A stretch of 43,989 nt of DNA from the NCBI RefSeq assembly GCF_001194135.2, contig NC_069003.1, positions 12,413,766 through 12,457,754 of the forward strand, in the 5' to 3' direction. Below, piece by piece: positions 1 through 11,527 of this stretch. The stretch's first letter is position 1; the number at the start of each line of letters is the position of its first letter. The DNA comes from Octopus bimaculoides. Its lineage: Eukaryota. The translations under genes and the position numbers were made by a program. The notes beneath the pieces are model-generated. The model had not been told where the DNA came from. It saw nothing but the letters and a program-made list of their open reading frames with translations, and did not search any database.

Positions 1-378
1 AGTCATTTGACTGTGGCCATGCTGGAGCACCACCTTTAGTCGAGCAAATCGACCCCAGGACTTATTCTTTGTAAACCTAGTACTTATTCTTTCGGTCTCT
101 TTTTGCCGAACCGCTAAGTTACGGGGACGTGAACACACCAGCATCGGTTGTCAAGTGATGGTGGGGGGACAAACACAGACACACAAACATACATACATAT
201 ACACATATATATACGACAGGTTTCTTTCAGTTTCTGTCTACCAAATCCACTCACAAGGCTTTGGTCGGCCCGAGGCTATAGTAGAAGACACTCGCCCAAG
301 GTGCCATACAGTGGGACTGAACCCGGAACCATGTGGTCGGTAAGCCAGCTACTTACCACACACCCACTCCTGCACCTA
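1..378 (-). mobile_element. SINE family A (tRNA-derived head, internal microsatellite), near full length
   Basis: Reverse complement aligns end to end with the + copy at 35394-35810. Head has A-box-like and B-box-like (GGGTTCAGTCCC) motifs. Tail is cut by the window edge. Confidence 0.9.
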
Positions 379-1467
379 TAGGTCAGTTCTTTTTCGCTTT
401 TAGTTGCTGCTTGTCTTTCTCTTCCTATTAAGCCTCTCTTCCTAGTTTTCACAACTGACACAAGTACTACCCAAATCATGCAGGACTTGCTGACCAGAAA
501 ACATCCCTTCAAACAGCAGACTGCTACAGCTCTTCTATCATGTTCCTAAGGACGAATTCAAAGAAAAATAAAATTCAAGCGACAATCCATGAACCAGTAA
601 GGGAATAAACAATGCAGTCCTGTATTGGACTTCTGCAATCCAACTTACAACTGGTGACAATACGCTTCTATTTATAAACAGCTATACAGCCGACAATGAC
701 AAGCCTTGAACAGCCATGCTTATATCTCACTGTTATGGCACTTGAAACTTGGTCAATCAGGCAAGTGCTTTGTGCACATATCTACCATGTTCACTATAAA
801 AGCCCGCAAATGACAAAAATTCAACAGCCACCCAACCTTTGTCTTGTATCCTGAAGTGCAGAACCTGCATTCTTCTGCTCTTTAGTGTGAACACTTTATG
901 AAAGTTAGCTGTCATACTTAGATAAGCCCTATTCTTTAACCTAATATCTTAGATTAAATTCAGTTCAACAGAGATAGACACATTCATTTTCCATTGTTCC
1001 CTGACTTACATCCATTTTTTTGACATGTATAAATACAGAACACTAAATAGAATTCTTTCTCTCTCTTTTGTTTGGCACCTTTGCCAAAGGAGCATCCTCT
1101 TTTTCATCTGGCACCCTTGCTGAAGGAATACCTTTCTCTTTCACCTGGTACTTTGCCTGAAGAGCATGCTCTCTTTGAATATTTTACAACGTGTCTTTCT
1201 CACTTTTAGACTGCATATCTTTCTCTTTCGATCATGGCTATCTTCCTAGCCTCTACAACAACAGACAAATACTACCCAAAGCATGTAGGCCTTGCTGACC
1301 ACTAACAAAACATCACTGCTACAGCTTTTCTATCATGTTTCTAATGACAAATTCATTGAAAAATAAAATCCATAAGATATCACTTTTTCCTTCAGCTGAT
1401 TTATTAGATACATATTATACTGTCCAATGAAGTTAAAATAATCTATCAATAGTTATAACCACTGCAG

Positions 1468-1665
1468 TGGTGGTAAGCTGGCATAATCGTTAGCACACTG
1501 GGCAAAATGCTTAGTGGCACTTTGTCTGTCTTCAGATTTTGAGTTCAAATTCTGCTGAGGTCAGTTTTGCCTTTCTTCCTTTCAGAGATGATAAAATAAG
1601 TACCAGTTCCGTCTGGGGTCGATGCAATCAACTCATTTCCTCCCCTGAATTTGCTAGCCTTGTCG
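1468..1665 (+). mobile_element. SINE family B, fused at its 3' end to a family C copy
   Basis: GAGCTGGCAGAATCGTTAGCAC-type head and GAGTTCAAATTC B-box; matches 43121-43334. Confidence 0.8.
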
Positions 1666-2060
1666 AGCCAAGTGAAATTGTAGTCATGGCTGATGCCAGT
1701 GCCGTCTGACTGGCACCTGTTCCGGTGGCATGTAAAAAGCACCATTCGAGTGTTAGGCCTCATGGAGACTGTGACAGGTGACCAAGACCTTTGGCAATAT
1801 ACTGTGCTGTGTAGATTTGTCAAGCCAAGTGAGACTGTAGTTGTGGCCAATGTCAATGTCAGGTCAGTGGTACCTGTGCACCCACTACAACTACAACACT
1901 CTCGGAGTGGTTGGTTTTAAGAAGGGCATCCAGCTGTAGAAACCTTGCCAAATCAGGTCATAACCTGGTGCAATTTCCTGGCTTACCAGTTTTCAGTTAA
2001 ACCATCCAACCCATGCCAGCGTGGAAAACAGACGTTAAATGATGATGATAATGATGATGA
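1665..2060 (+). mobile_element. SINE-like family C (variant C2) with (GAT)n tail
   Basis: GGAGTGGTTGG..AAGGGCATCCAGCTGTAGAAAC..CCAACCCATGCCAGC..GTTAAATGATGATG tail, shared with 10327-10585 and 27062-27382. Confidence 0.8.
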
Positions 2061-2134
2061 CGTGCCAAAATTTGGAATCAATACTTATAACCACTGCATT
2101 CATTACATCATTTATTAATAACATATATTTGTTA

Positions 2135-2350
2135 CGAGCTGGCAGAAACGTTAGCACGTTGGGTGAAATGCTTAGCGGTATTTCGTCTGTCTTTACGTTC
2201 TGAGTTCAAATTCCGCCGAGGTCAACTTTGCTTTTCATCCTTTCGGGGACGATAAATTAAGTACCAATTATGCACTGGGGTGATGTAATCGACTTAATCC
2301 CTTTGTCTGTCCCCTCTATGTTTAGCCCCTTGTGGCAATAAAGAAATAAG
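2135..2350 (+). mobile_element. SINE family B with a Tx1-like 3' tail
   Basis: Standard B head and body, then TATGTTTAGCCCCTTGTGGCAATAAAGAAATAA instead of the usual tail. Confidence 0.85.
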
Positions 2351-3420
2351 TAACATATATTTGTTATACACACACACACACACACATAAACACAAACATT
2401 CATTCATTCATTTGACGTCTCTTTTTCCATGCTAGCATAGGTCAGATGACAACTTATTTTAGGCAGATAGAGTAAGTGTGCATGCAGGCAACTCATTTGA
2501 AGTAGAATTCCACGACCAGATACACCTGGTTGCACTCCTAGGGTTGACCTAGGGCTAAGCAACAATATTCTCAGCTACTACATTCAACCAGTTTGCTTAC
2601 GAACAGCAACAAACTTTTGACAATTATAATTCTTAAATCCTTCCATATATCATGAAACATAAAAAAAGGACAGTAGATTTTGAAAATTATGATCCCTATA
2701 TGCTTTCATACATCCATTGTTTTTTTTATGGTTATTGCTGTTGTAGCTTCTATTGTTCGTTGCTGAGACCATTGTTTCAGTGAACCAATATGGAAAGATT
2801 ATACCCATCACCACCACCACCACCACCATCATCAATATCATCATCATTAACAAACAGCAACGTAACCGTCAAGTCGACCTCCACCACCACTTACTCCGTT
2901 GCCGCCATCAACACCATCACCACCACCACCACCAATAACAACAATAGCAACAACACACAACATTGTCACCGCTCTCCTCCCGCCTTCCACTACCTTTTTA
3001 TAGTACTTATCTACAGTTAAACACACACTGACTGGTTTTGGCGCCAATTTGACAGCCTTTTGAAGTCTTTTGTGTTGTCACAGAAAGTAGTAACTATAAA
3101 ATAGTGGAAAAGTACACCTGAGAAGACATGTGATTGAAGTATTGAACTAGATTTACTCCACCCAGACTGACTGGAAATATCGGTGACGAAATGAATAAGA
3201 ACTGAAATAAAAGCCTGCCCTTTTTTTCTCTTTCTGTTTTGAAGAGAAACAAAGTTTTGTTTGTGTGTTGGTATTAGGCCGAGATAAATCAGATATAAAC
3301 AATGCTAGCACGTGTTCGGAGCAACAAGGTAAAGCAGAACAGTCGAATTTTATTTGTGATAGATTTACCGATGAACAATGGTGAACTATAAAAGACTTTC
3401 AAAATAATGATAATAATAAT

Positions 3421-3622
3421 CTTCTGTATTAAAGGCACGAGGCCTGATATTTTAGGGGAGGGGGGCTAGTCGATTATCGACTCCAGTACGCAACTGGTAC
3501 TTATTTTATCGACCCTGGAAGGATAAAAGGCAAAGTCGACCTCGACGGAATTTGAACTCAGATAGTATAAACAGACGAAATACTGTTAAGCATTGCGAAC
3601 GATTCTGCCAGCTCGTTGCCTT
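3421..3622 (-). mobile_element. SINE family B, full length, in (AAT)n
   Basis: Reverse complement matches 43121-43334; AAT repeats on both flanks. Confidence 0.85.
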
Positions 3623-3669
3623 AATAATAATATTAATAATAATCACAATAATAATAATAACGACGACGA

Positions 3670-4752
3670 TTAATTCGTTTATTAGCCACAAGGGCTTACA
3701 TAATATTACATTAAGAGACATACAACGTAAAAGACAAAAACAGGATGATACAATGGATTTTACAATGTGTAAATAATATAATAATAAAAATTAAACAATT
3801 TAAAACTCCCAATAGGGGAGACGCATTAAGGATCTCGTGAAAAAAGCCCACAAAAGTCACGGGTGCCTGAACAACAGAGCAAGAGCCCTTCTTTTGTTTA
3901 CAGATGCACACTCAGAATTGGTCCTTTCACACTGGCCATTCTTCCAACATTCACCCACCTTTCAACAAACTTGTTACAAGGCAACACTTCCCTCTCCACC
4001 CTCAACTTCCTTTTCAAGTGAAACTTGAAAAAGTTGATGAGGCCTTGGCCAAAGAGAAAAGTGGGAAAGTGCTTGTCTTTAGCCCTTTCAAACGGGTCCA
4101 CCACACTACCTCTTTTGCTACAGCCACTAGACGGATAAATATTACCTTCCCCTCCCAGCCAAAAGAGGGCGGCATGGCAATCTTCACAATGGATTCAGCC
4201 GATAGCCGGATTTGTCCTACACATGACAGCAGGTGTTCGACATAAACCTCCAGGTCAGCAATACTGAGGCACTGGACTAGGGCGTGCAGAATGGTTTCAT
4301 CGGTCTGGGCGTACCTTGGGCAGGCCTGGCTGATGGCTCATCCATGCCTGTAAAGTTTATCTCGAAAAGGCAACACCCCTCGGTAGCACTGCCAAGCAAG
4401 GGACTTCTGTTTGGGATGGTGCAAGTTTGTGTCTTGCAACCAGTGTGTCCATGATAAGCGCCAACCTCTTGGCTAACACCTTGGCCAAAATCTTCAACTC
4501 TGCATTCAGCAGAGTGATGGGCCTGAAATTCTCTATATTGTCCCCCTTGTTTGGGTCCTTTCTCAGCAGTGCCACTACTCCTCGACAGACAAAAGTGAGA
4601 ATTCTCCTATTTTGCTGCCAGTTACAGTAGACGTTTGCAAAGAGGCCTGCAAACAAGTCTGGCATCGAAGTATAAAACTCATAGGGCAGACCATCCAAAC
4701 CCAGCAATCTGCCTCTTGTGCAACTCTTCATCGCTTCCTGTATTTCCGTGGT
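3670..4752 (-). mobile_element. Tx1/L1-clade LINE ORF2 remnant, internally deleted, 3' end present
   Basis: 4403-4752 translates to GLDGLPYEFY...NFRPITLLNAELKILAKVLAKRL (RT N-terminal motifs). 3898-4409 translates to QKSLAWQCYRGVLPFRDKL...CPRYAQTDETILHALVQC (C-terminal zinc-knuckle region) with stops and frameshifts. 3' UTR runs to about 3670. Confidence 0.9.
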
Positions 4753-5003
4753 CGATGAAAAAGGTGGTAGTAGTACCAATAATTGTCGGAGCCCTGGGAA
4801 CAGTGAGTAAAAATATTGAGAAGTACATGGAACAAACAGGGGCTGCAATAAGGGTGGAGCACTTGCAGAAAACAACACTGCTTGGAACCGCTTGAATACT
4901 CTGGATGGTGCTCAAAAACTACGGGGTGTTACCTTAGTTCACTGGTAGTGAACAGCTGGCACCATAGTACATCTCCACCGATAGAAGCTTTGCAAAGACA
5001 ATA
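4753..5003 (+). mobile_element. R4/Dong-type RLE retrotransposon 3' end (copy D1)
   Basis: MKKVVVVPIIVGALGTV...LQKTTLLGTA*IL, followed by (TAA)n at 5003-5071. Confidence 0.8.
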
Positions 5004-5025
5004 AATAATAATAATAATAATGATG

Positions 5026-5072
<47 letters not shown>

Positions 5073-5600
5073 CAGCATCATCATTTAACGTCCGCTTTCC
5101 ATGCTAGCATGGGTTGGACGATTTGACTAGAGACTAGCGAACCGGATGGCTACACCAGGCTCCAATTTGATTTGGCAGAGTTTCTACAGCTGGATGCCCT
5201 TCCTAACGCCAACCACTCTGAGAGTGTAGTGGGTGCTTTTACGTGCCACCGGCTCGAAGGCCAGTCAGGCGGTACTGGCAATGGCCACACTCAAAATGGT
5301 GTATTTTACGTGCCACCTGCACAGGAGCCAGTCCAGCGGCACTGGCAATGATCTCGCTCGAATGTCTTTTCACGTGCCACCGGCACAAGTGCCAGTAAGG
5401 CAACGCTAGTAACAATCACACTCAAATGGTACTATCTGTGCCACTGGCACGGGAGCCAGACAACTCCTCTGGCAACGATCACGCTTGGATGGTGCTCTTA
5501 GCGCTCCACTGGTACAGGTGCCAACACGATTTTGATTTCACTTGCCCCAACAGGCCTTCGCAAGCAGAGTTTAGTGTCTAATGAAGGAAGGTTGGCATGG
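5073..5600 (-). mobile_element. SINE-like family C with internal ~60-bp tandem array
   Basis: (CAT)n tail, C 3' domain, and about 5 GTGCCAC..CTGGCAA..GCTC units; aligns with 6080-6630. Confidence 0.85.
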
Positions 5601-6079
5601 GTGCCAGTCGTCGAATTTGGTTCGATTTCGATTCTTGTAAACTTTGACAGGTAGGATTGTTAGACATTTTTAATCCCTTTCTGGAGATCTTTAGAGAAAG
5701 GATGGTTATTCAATATAAAGTCTTCTTCACACAACAGATGTCTGCTAAGAAGAACTTTAGGAATTTTGCAATATTTTTCATTTGTTCCACTGACCTTAAA
5801 GTAGGAACTGTAAATTAGTTATTTAATCTTCTTGAACCTTCTAAACATAGAAGAGAAAGAAAATAGTAATATGTGTGAAATTGAATGTATGTCTGCCAAA
5901 GTATTGCTTCAGGGCCTTGGAGATAGTTATTTACATTAATTTAAATATTTTACTAAATTAATTTTTTCTCTGAAAAGCTTCTAAAATCTTACCAGTAAAT
6001 ATATTAACATGTTTATGCGTGATTGTATGTGTATGTGCATGTGTGTGAATGTGTATATATGTGTATGTGTACATATATA

Positions 6080-6630
6080 TCATCATCATCATCGTTTAAC
6101 GTCCGCTTTCCATGCTAGCTTGGGTTGGACGATTTGACTGAGGACTGGTGAACCAGATGGCTGCACCAGGCTCCAATCTGATCTGGCAGAGTTTCTATAG
6201 CTGGATGCCCTTCCTAACGCCAACCACTACGAGAGTGTAGTGAGTGCTTTTATGTGCCACCAGCACGAAGGCCAGTCCGGCGGTACTGGCAATGGCCACG
6301 CTCAAATGGTGTTTTTTATGTGCCACCTGCACAGGAGCCAGTCCAGCAACACTGACAACGACCTCGTTCAAATGTTTTTTCACGTGTCACTGGCACAAGT
6401 GCCAGAAAGGCGACGCTGGTAACGATTACGCTCAAATGGTGCTATTTATGAGCCACTGGCACAGAAGCCAGACAGCTGCTCTGGCAATGATCATGCTCGG
6501 ACGGTGCTGTTAGCGCTCCACTGACACAGGTGCCAGTCATTGAATTTGGTTCAATTACGATTTCAATTTCACTTGCCCCAACAGGTCTTCGCAAGTAGAG
6601 TTTAGTGTCCAATGAAGGAGAAATCGGCAT
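6080..6630 (-). mobile_element. SINE-like family C with internal ~60-bp tandem array
   Basis: Collinear with 5073-5600. Confidence 0.85.
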
Positions 6631-7693
6631 GATATATATATATCACATCACATCACACCAATACCCTCGCATCACACCACGCCCACACTACAACTGACCA
6701 ACTCCTTTCTCCCCTCCCCATTTTCACACTACATACGTCAAGATCACCAGCATTCTATCTCCCACACACAGCCNNNNNNNNNNNNNNNNNNNNNNNNNNN
6801 NNNNNNNNNNNNNNNNNNNNNNNNNNNNNNNNNNNNNNNNNNNNNNNNNNNNNNNNNNNNNNNNNNNNNNNNNNNNNNNNNNNNNNNNNNNNNNNNNNNN
6901 NNNNNNNNNNNNNNNNNNNNNNNNNNNNNNNNNNNNNNNNNNNNNNNNNNNNNNNNNNNNNNNNNNNNNNNNNNNNNNNNNNNNNNNNNNNNNNNNNNNN
7001 NNNNNNNNNNNNNNNNNNNNNNNNNNNNNNNNNNNNNNNNNNNNNNNNNNNNNNNNNNNNNNNNNNNNNNNNNNNNNNNNNNNNNNNNNNNNNNNNNNNN
7101 NNNNNNNNNNNNNNNNNNNNNNNNNNNNNNNNNNNNNNNNNNNNNNNNNNNNNNNNNNNNNNNNNNNNNNNNNNNNNNNNNNNNNNNNNNNNNNNNNNNN
7201 NNNNNNNNNNNNNNNNNNNNNNNNNNNNNNNNNNNNNNNNNNNNNNNNNNNNNNNNNNNNNNNNNNNNNNNNNNNNNNNNNNNNNNNNNNNNNNNNNNNN
7301 NNNNNNNNNNNNNNNNNNNNNNNNNNNNNNNNNNNNNNNNNNNNNNNNNNNNNNNNNNNNNNNNNNNNNNNNNNNNNNNNNNNNNNNNNNNNNNNNNNNN
7401 NNNNNNNNNNNNNNNNNNNNNNNNNNNNNNNNNNNNNNNNNNNNNNNNNNNNNNNNNNNNNNNNNNNNNNNNNNNNNNNNNNNNNNNNNNNNNNNNNNNN
7501 NNNNNNNNNNNNNNNNNNNNNNNNNNNNNNNNNNNNNNNNNNNNNNNNNNNNNNNNNNNNNNNNNNNNNNNNNNNNNNNNNNNNNNNNNNNNNNNNNNNN
7601 NNNNNNNNNNNNNNNNNNNNNNNNNNNNNNNNNNNNNNNNNNNNNNNNNNNNNNNNNNNNNNNNNNNNNNNNNNNNNNNNNNNNNNNNNNNNN

Positions 7694-7968
7694 NACGTGT
7701 ACACTTAACATAGTTCTTGGGGATATTCAGCGTGACACAGTGTGACAAAGCTGGCCCTTTGAATTACAGGTACAACAGAAACAGGAAGAAAGAGCACGAG
7801 AAAGTTGTGGTGAAAGAGTACAGCAGAGTTCACCAACATACCCTGCCAGAGCCATGTGGAACTTTAGGTGTTTTCGCTCAATAAACACGCACAACGCCAG
7901 GTCTGGGAATCGAAACCGCGATCCTACAGCCGCGAGTCCGCTGCCCTAACCACTGGGCCATTGCGCCT
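7694..7968 (-). mobile_element. SINE family E, tRNA(Arg)-like head
   Basis: Minus strand begins GGCGCAATGGCCCAGTGGTTAGGGCAGCGGACTCGCGG..GGTTTCGATTCCC (A and B boxes). Its 3' domain is shared with 39075-39160. Truncated by a gap. Confidence 0.8.
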
Positions 7969-8617
7969 TCATAACATACATGCATATATAACAAAAATAG
8001 GGATAGAGAAAATCACATCTTTAATTGTTGAATTCACCAGCCAAAGCCAACGGTCGTTCACTTTGTATGGTGAATTCTACAATTATAGATGCGATTTTCT
8101 GTGTGTGTATTTTTGTTGTCTAATACTCTGAATTTCTCAGAATTCTTCTAAAGGATGTTTGGATCTACTTATCATACATGAAGAATTTCCCTCGATGTGT
8201 ATACTACTTATATTCACTGGTGTCTGATTATTGGATATAGTTAATCAAAGTCATTTAAAACTGAGTGCTTTATTGATGTCTACCAGGATTTTTTAATCTC
8301 TTTTCACTTCTTATTACATACATACACACACACATATATATATATATACATGTATGTATGTATGTATATAATTACTTCACACATCAGTACAGTAATTGAC
8401 ATATACCCATTAGTCCAAAGACTTACATATATGCATCTGTGTATACTACATATTACTACATATATATTCATGTCTACATACATATACACACACACACACA
8501 CACACATATATATTAGTAAACTAGTTAATAGGTCAAGGTGTATTGATTTCTCATCAGAAATGAGAAATCAATAGACTCTAATCAACACCTCTCAGTATTG
8601 AGAAAAATCATTAAGTC

Positions 8618-9466
8618 TATTTTCTGATGTATTGAGTTCTTCGTATGACTGGATTTCTTAATATCCTGATTAAGTAACCCTATCTCATATAGATATATAT
8701 ATATATATATATATATTATGTATATATANNNNNNNNNNNNNNNNNNNNNNNNNNNNNNNNNNNNNNNNNNNNNNNNNNNNNNNNNNNNNNNNNNNNNNNN
8801 NNNNNNNNNNNNNNNNNNNNNNNNNNNNNNNNNNNNNNNNNNNNNNNNNNNNNNNNNNNNNNNNNNNNNNNNNNNNNNNNNNNNNNNNNNNNNNNNNNNN
8901 NNNNNNNNNNNNNNNNNNNNNNNNNNNNNNNNNNNNNNNNNNNNNNNNNNNNNNNNNNNNNNNNNNNNNNNNNNNNNNNNNNNNNNNNNNNNNNNNNNNN
9001 NNNNNNNNNNNNNNNNNNNNNNNNNNNNNNNNNNNNNNNNNNNNNNNNNNNNNNNNNNNNNNNNNNNNNNNNNNNNNNNNNNNNNNNNNNNNNNNNNNNN
9101 NNNNNNNNNNNNNNNNNNNNNNNNNNNNNNNNNNNNNNNNNNNNNNNNNNNNNNNNNNNNNNNNNNNNNNNNNNNNNNNNNNNNNNNNNNNNNNNNNNNN
9201 NNNNNNNNNNNNNNNNNNNNNNNNNNNNNNNNNNNNNNNNNNNNNNNNNNNNNNNNNNNNNNNNNNNNNNNNNNNNNNNNNNNNNNNNNNNNNNNNNNNN
9301 NNNNNNNNNNNNNNNNNNNNNNNNNNNNNNNNNNNNNNNNNNNNNNNNNNNNNNNTATTTTCTGATGTATTGAGTTCTTCGTATGACTGGATTTCTTAAT
9401 ATCCTGATTAAGTAACCCTATCTCATATAGATATATATATATATATATATATATTATGTATATATA
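8618..9466. other. Identical ~110-bp sequence on both sides of an N-gap; probable scaffolding overlap
   Basis: 8618-8728 equals 9356-9466 apart from TA unit count; gap is 8729-9355. Confidence 0.75.
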
Positions 9467-9606
9467 TATTAATAAATCATAGGGTAGCAAAAAAAAAAAT
9501 TTAGAAATTTTATTTACACATATAAATATGTATGAATGTATGTATCTTCATATGTACTTATACGATGTATACATATGTATACAAATACATATGTGTGCGT
9601 GTGCGT

Positions 9607-9641
<35 letters not shown>

Positions 9642-9654
9642 CATATCTTTTAGC

Positions 9655-9869
9655 TTTTATCTTTTTCCTTGTTTCTATAATTAAACTGTGACCATGCTGG
9701 GGCACTGCCCTGAAGGATTTTAGTTGAACAAATCACTCCCAGTATCATTTTATCTTTAAAGCCTGGTGCATATTCTATCAATCACTTTTGGTGAACTGCT
9801 AAGTTACGGTGACATAAACACACCAACACCAGTTGTTAATCAGTGACGGGAGACAAACACAAACACAAG

Positions 9870-9903
<34 letters not shown>
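9655..9903 (-). mobile_element. SINE family A, diverged 3' half
   Basis: CCATGCTGGGGCACTGCC..GCTAAGTTACGG..GACAAACACA; ends in (TA)n at a gap. Confidence 0.75.
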
Positions 9904-10326
9904 NNNNNNNNNNNNNNNNNNNNNNNNNNNNNNNNNNNNNNNNNNNNNNNNNNNNNNNNNNNNNNNNNNNNNNNNNNNNNNNNNNNNNNNNNNNNNNNNN
10001 NNNNNNNNNNNNNNNNNNNNNNNNNNNNNNNNNNNNNNNNNNNNNNNNNNNNNNNNNNNNNNNNNNNNNNNNNNNNNNNNNNNNNNNNNNNNNNNNNNNN
10101 NNNNNNNNNNNNNNNNNNNNNNNNNNNNNNNNNNNNNNNNNNNNNNNNNNNNNNNNNNNNNNNNNNNNNNNNNNNNNNNNNNNNNNNNNNNNNNNNNNNN
10201 NNNNNNNNNNNNNNNNNNNNNNNNNNNNNNNNNNNNNNNNNNNNNNNNNNNNNNNNNNNNNNNNNNNNNNNNNNNNNNNNNNNNNNNNNNNNNNNNNNNN
10301 NNNNNNNNNNNNNNNNNNNNNNNNNN

Positions 10327-10585
10327 GCAGGTGGCACGTAAAAAACACCACTTGAGCGTGGTCATTGTCAGTACCGCCTGACTGGCCCTGGTGCCGGTGG
10401 CACGTAAAAGCACCCACTACACTCTCGGAGTGGTTGGCGTTAGGAAGGGCATCCAGCTGTAGAAACTCTGCCAAATCAGATTGGAGCCTGGTGCAGCCAT
10501 CCGGTTCACCAGTCCTCTGTCAAATCATCCAACCTATGCTAGCATGGAAAGCGGACGTTAAACGATGATGATGATGATGATGATG
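10327..10585 (+). mobile_element. SINE-like family C, 3' part
   Basis: Close to family consensus; (GAT)n tail. Confidence 0.85.
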
Positions 10586-10607
10586 ACACGTGTGTATTGT
10601 TGTTGCT

Positions 10608-10651
<44 letters not shown>

Positions 10652-11148
10652 CATATGTCTAAATATATATATATAGACTTTTTCTTTTAAGTGTATATTT
10701 CAGAAACACTTTGTGATAATTTATAGAACATTGTCATCACACATCTAATTGCAGCTGCCATGATAAAAATGACATATATCATTAATGACTGCTATTGGTG
10801 TGTGTGTGTGTGTGTGAGTATGTATATATATAGAGAGAGATAGATAGATAGATAGAGACAGAGAGAGAGAAAGAAAGGTGGGGAGAGGGAGAGAGGTAGA
10901 TATATATAAAGATGAGTAATGATAATTAATGAAATACAAAAATATATGCAAAACCAGTCAAAGATGAAAATAACAATTAGTTGCAATCAAGAAGAGACAA
11001 AAATCTCACACGCTGTAAGTCTATAGTTCAAACAACAACAATACTGTTGACCAATCGATACAAAGTTCAATCACAAAAATAAACTCGATTGATTCACATC
11101 TTAGCTGACAACTGACCATTATGTATGTGAGTCAATGTGATACATTAA

Positions 11149-11229
11149 TCCTTTTGTTGTCATATTCCTGTTGAAGGACACTGTATTTGTTTCAATTAAT
11201 TTTGAAAATAATGAAGAACCCTGAACATA

Positions 11230-11288
<59 letters not shown>

Positions 11289-11515
11289 GATTTCGAATTT
11301 TGGCGCAAGGCCAGCAATTTTGGGAGAGGTGTTAAGTTAGTTACATCAACCCCAGTACACAACTGGTACTTATTTCATTGACCCTATAAACAATACCGCC
11401 ACATTAGAGAAGGCGGAGGTAATATTGAACTTATTGTATACAGTGCTAAAGTACACTACAAGCTGGTGTTTACAATATAGATTAACATGAAAATTTAATG
11501 AAGGGTTCTAATTAA
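11149..11515. mobile_element. piggyBac-type MITE, interrupted by (AAT)n, a SINE-B 3' fragment (11286-11388, minus) and a CR1-tail fragment
   Basis: TTAA at 11145-11148 then TCCTTTTGTT; 11149-11218 and 11458-11515 match the two halves of 20911-21130. Confidence 0.6.
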
Positions 11516-11527
11516 ACCCTTGTATTA

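Noticed and set aside
148-381. Recurring ORFs such as YQIHSQGFGRPEAIVEDT and GIQL/RKPIKP at many loci
   Set aside because: These are chance translations of SINE-A and SINE-C copies, not a gene family.
5240-5525. Regularly spaced ~60-bp repeats resembling a CRISPR array (also 26143-26620)
   Set aside because: The whole unit repeats with no unique spacers, there are no cas genes, and the context is eukaryotic.
5660-5841. Minus-strand splice signals (acceptor at 5841, donor GTCAGT) and a 48-codon open frame at 5660-5807 in phase with the microexon
   Set aside because: The 46-nt exon has stops in all frames. The alternative acceptor has a poor pyrimidine tract. No homology is recognised, and an open run of this length is expected occasionally by chance.
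7895-7968. tRNA-like sequence (also the heads of SINE-A and SINE-B)
   Set aside because: A and B boxes are present, but there is no complete cloverleaf or acceptor stem and the sequence continues into SINE body.
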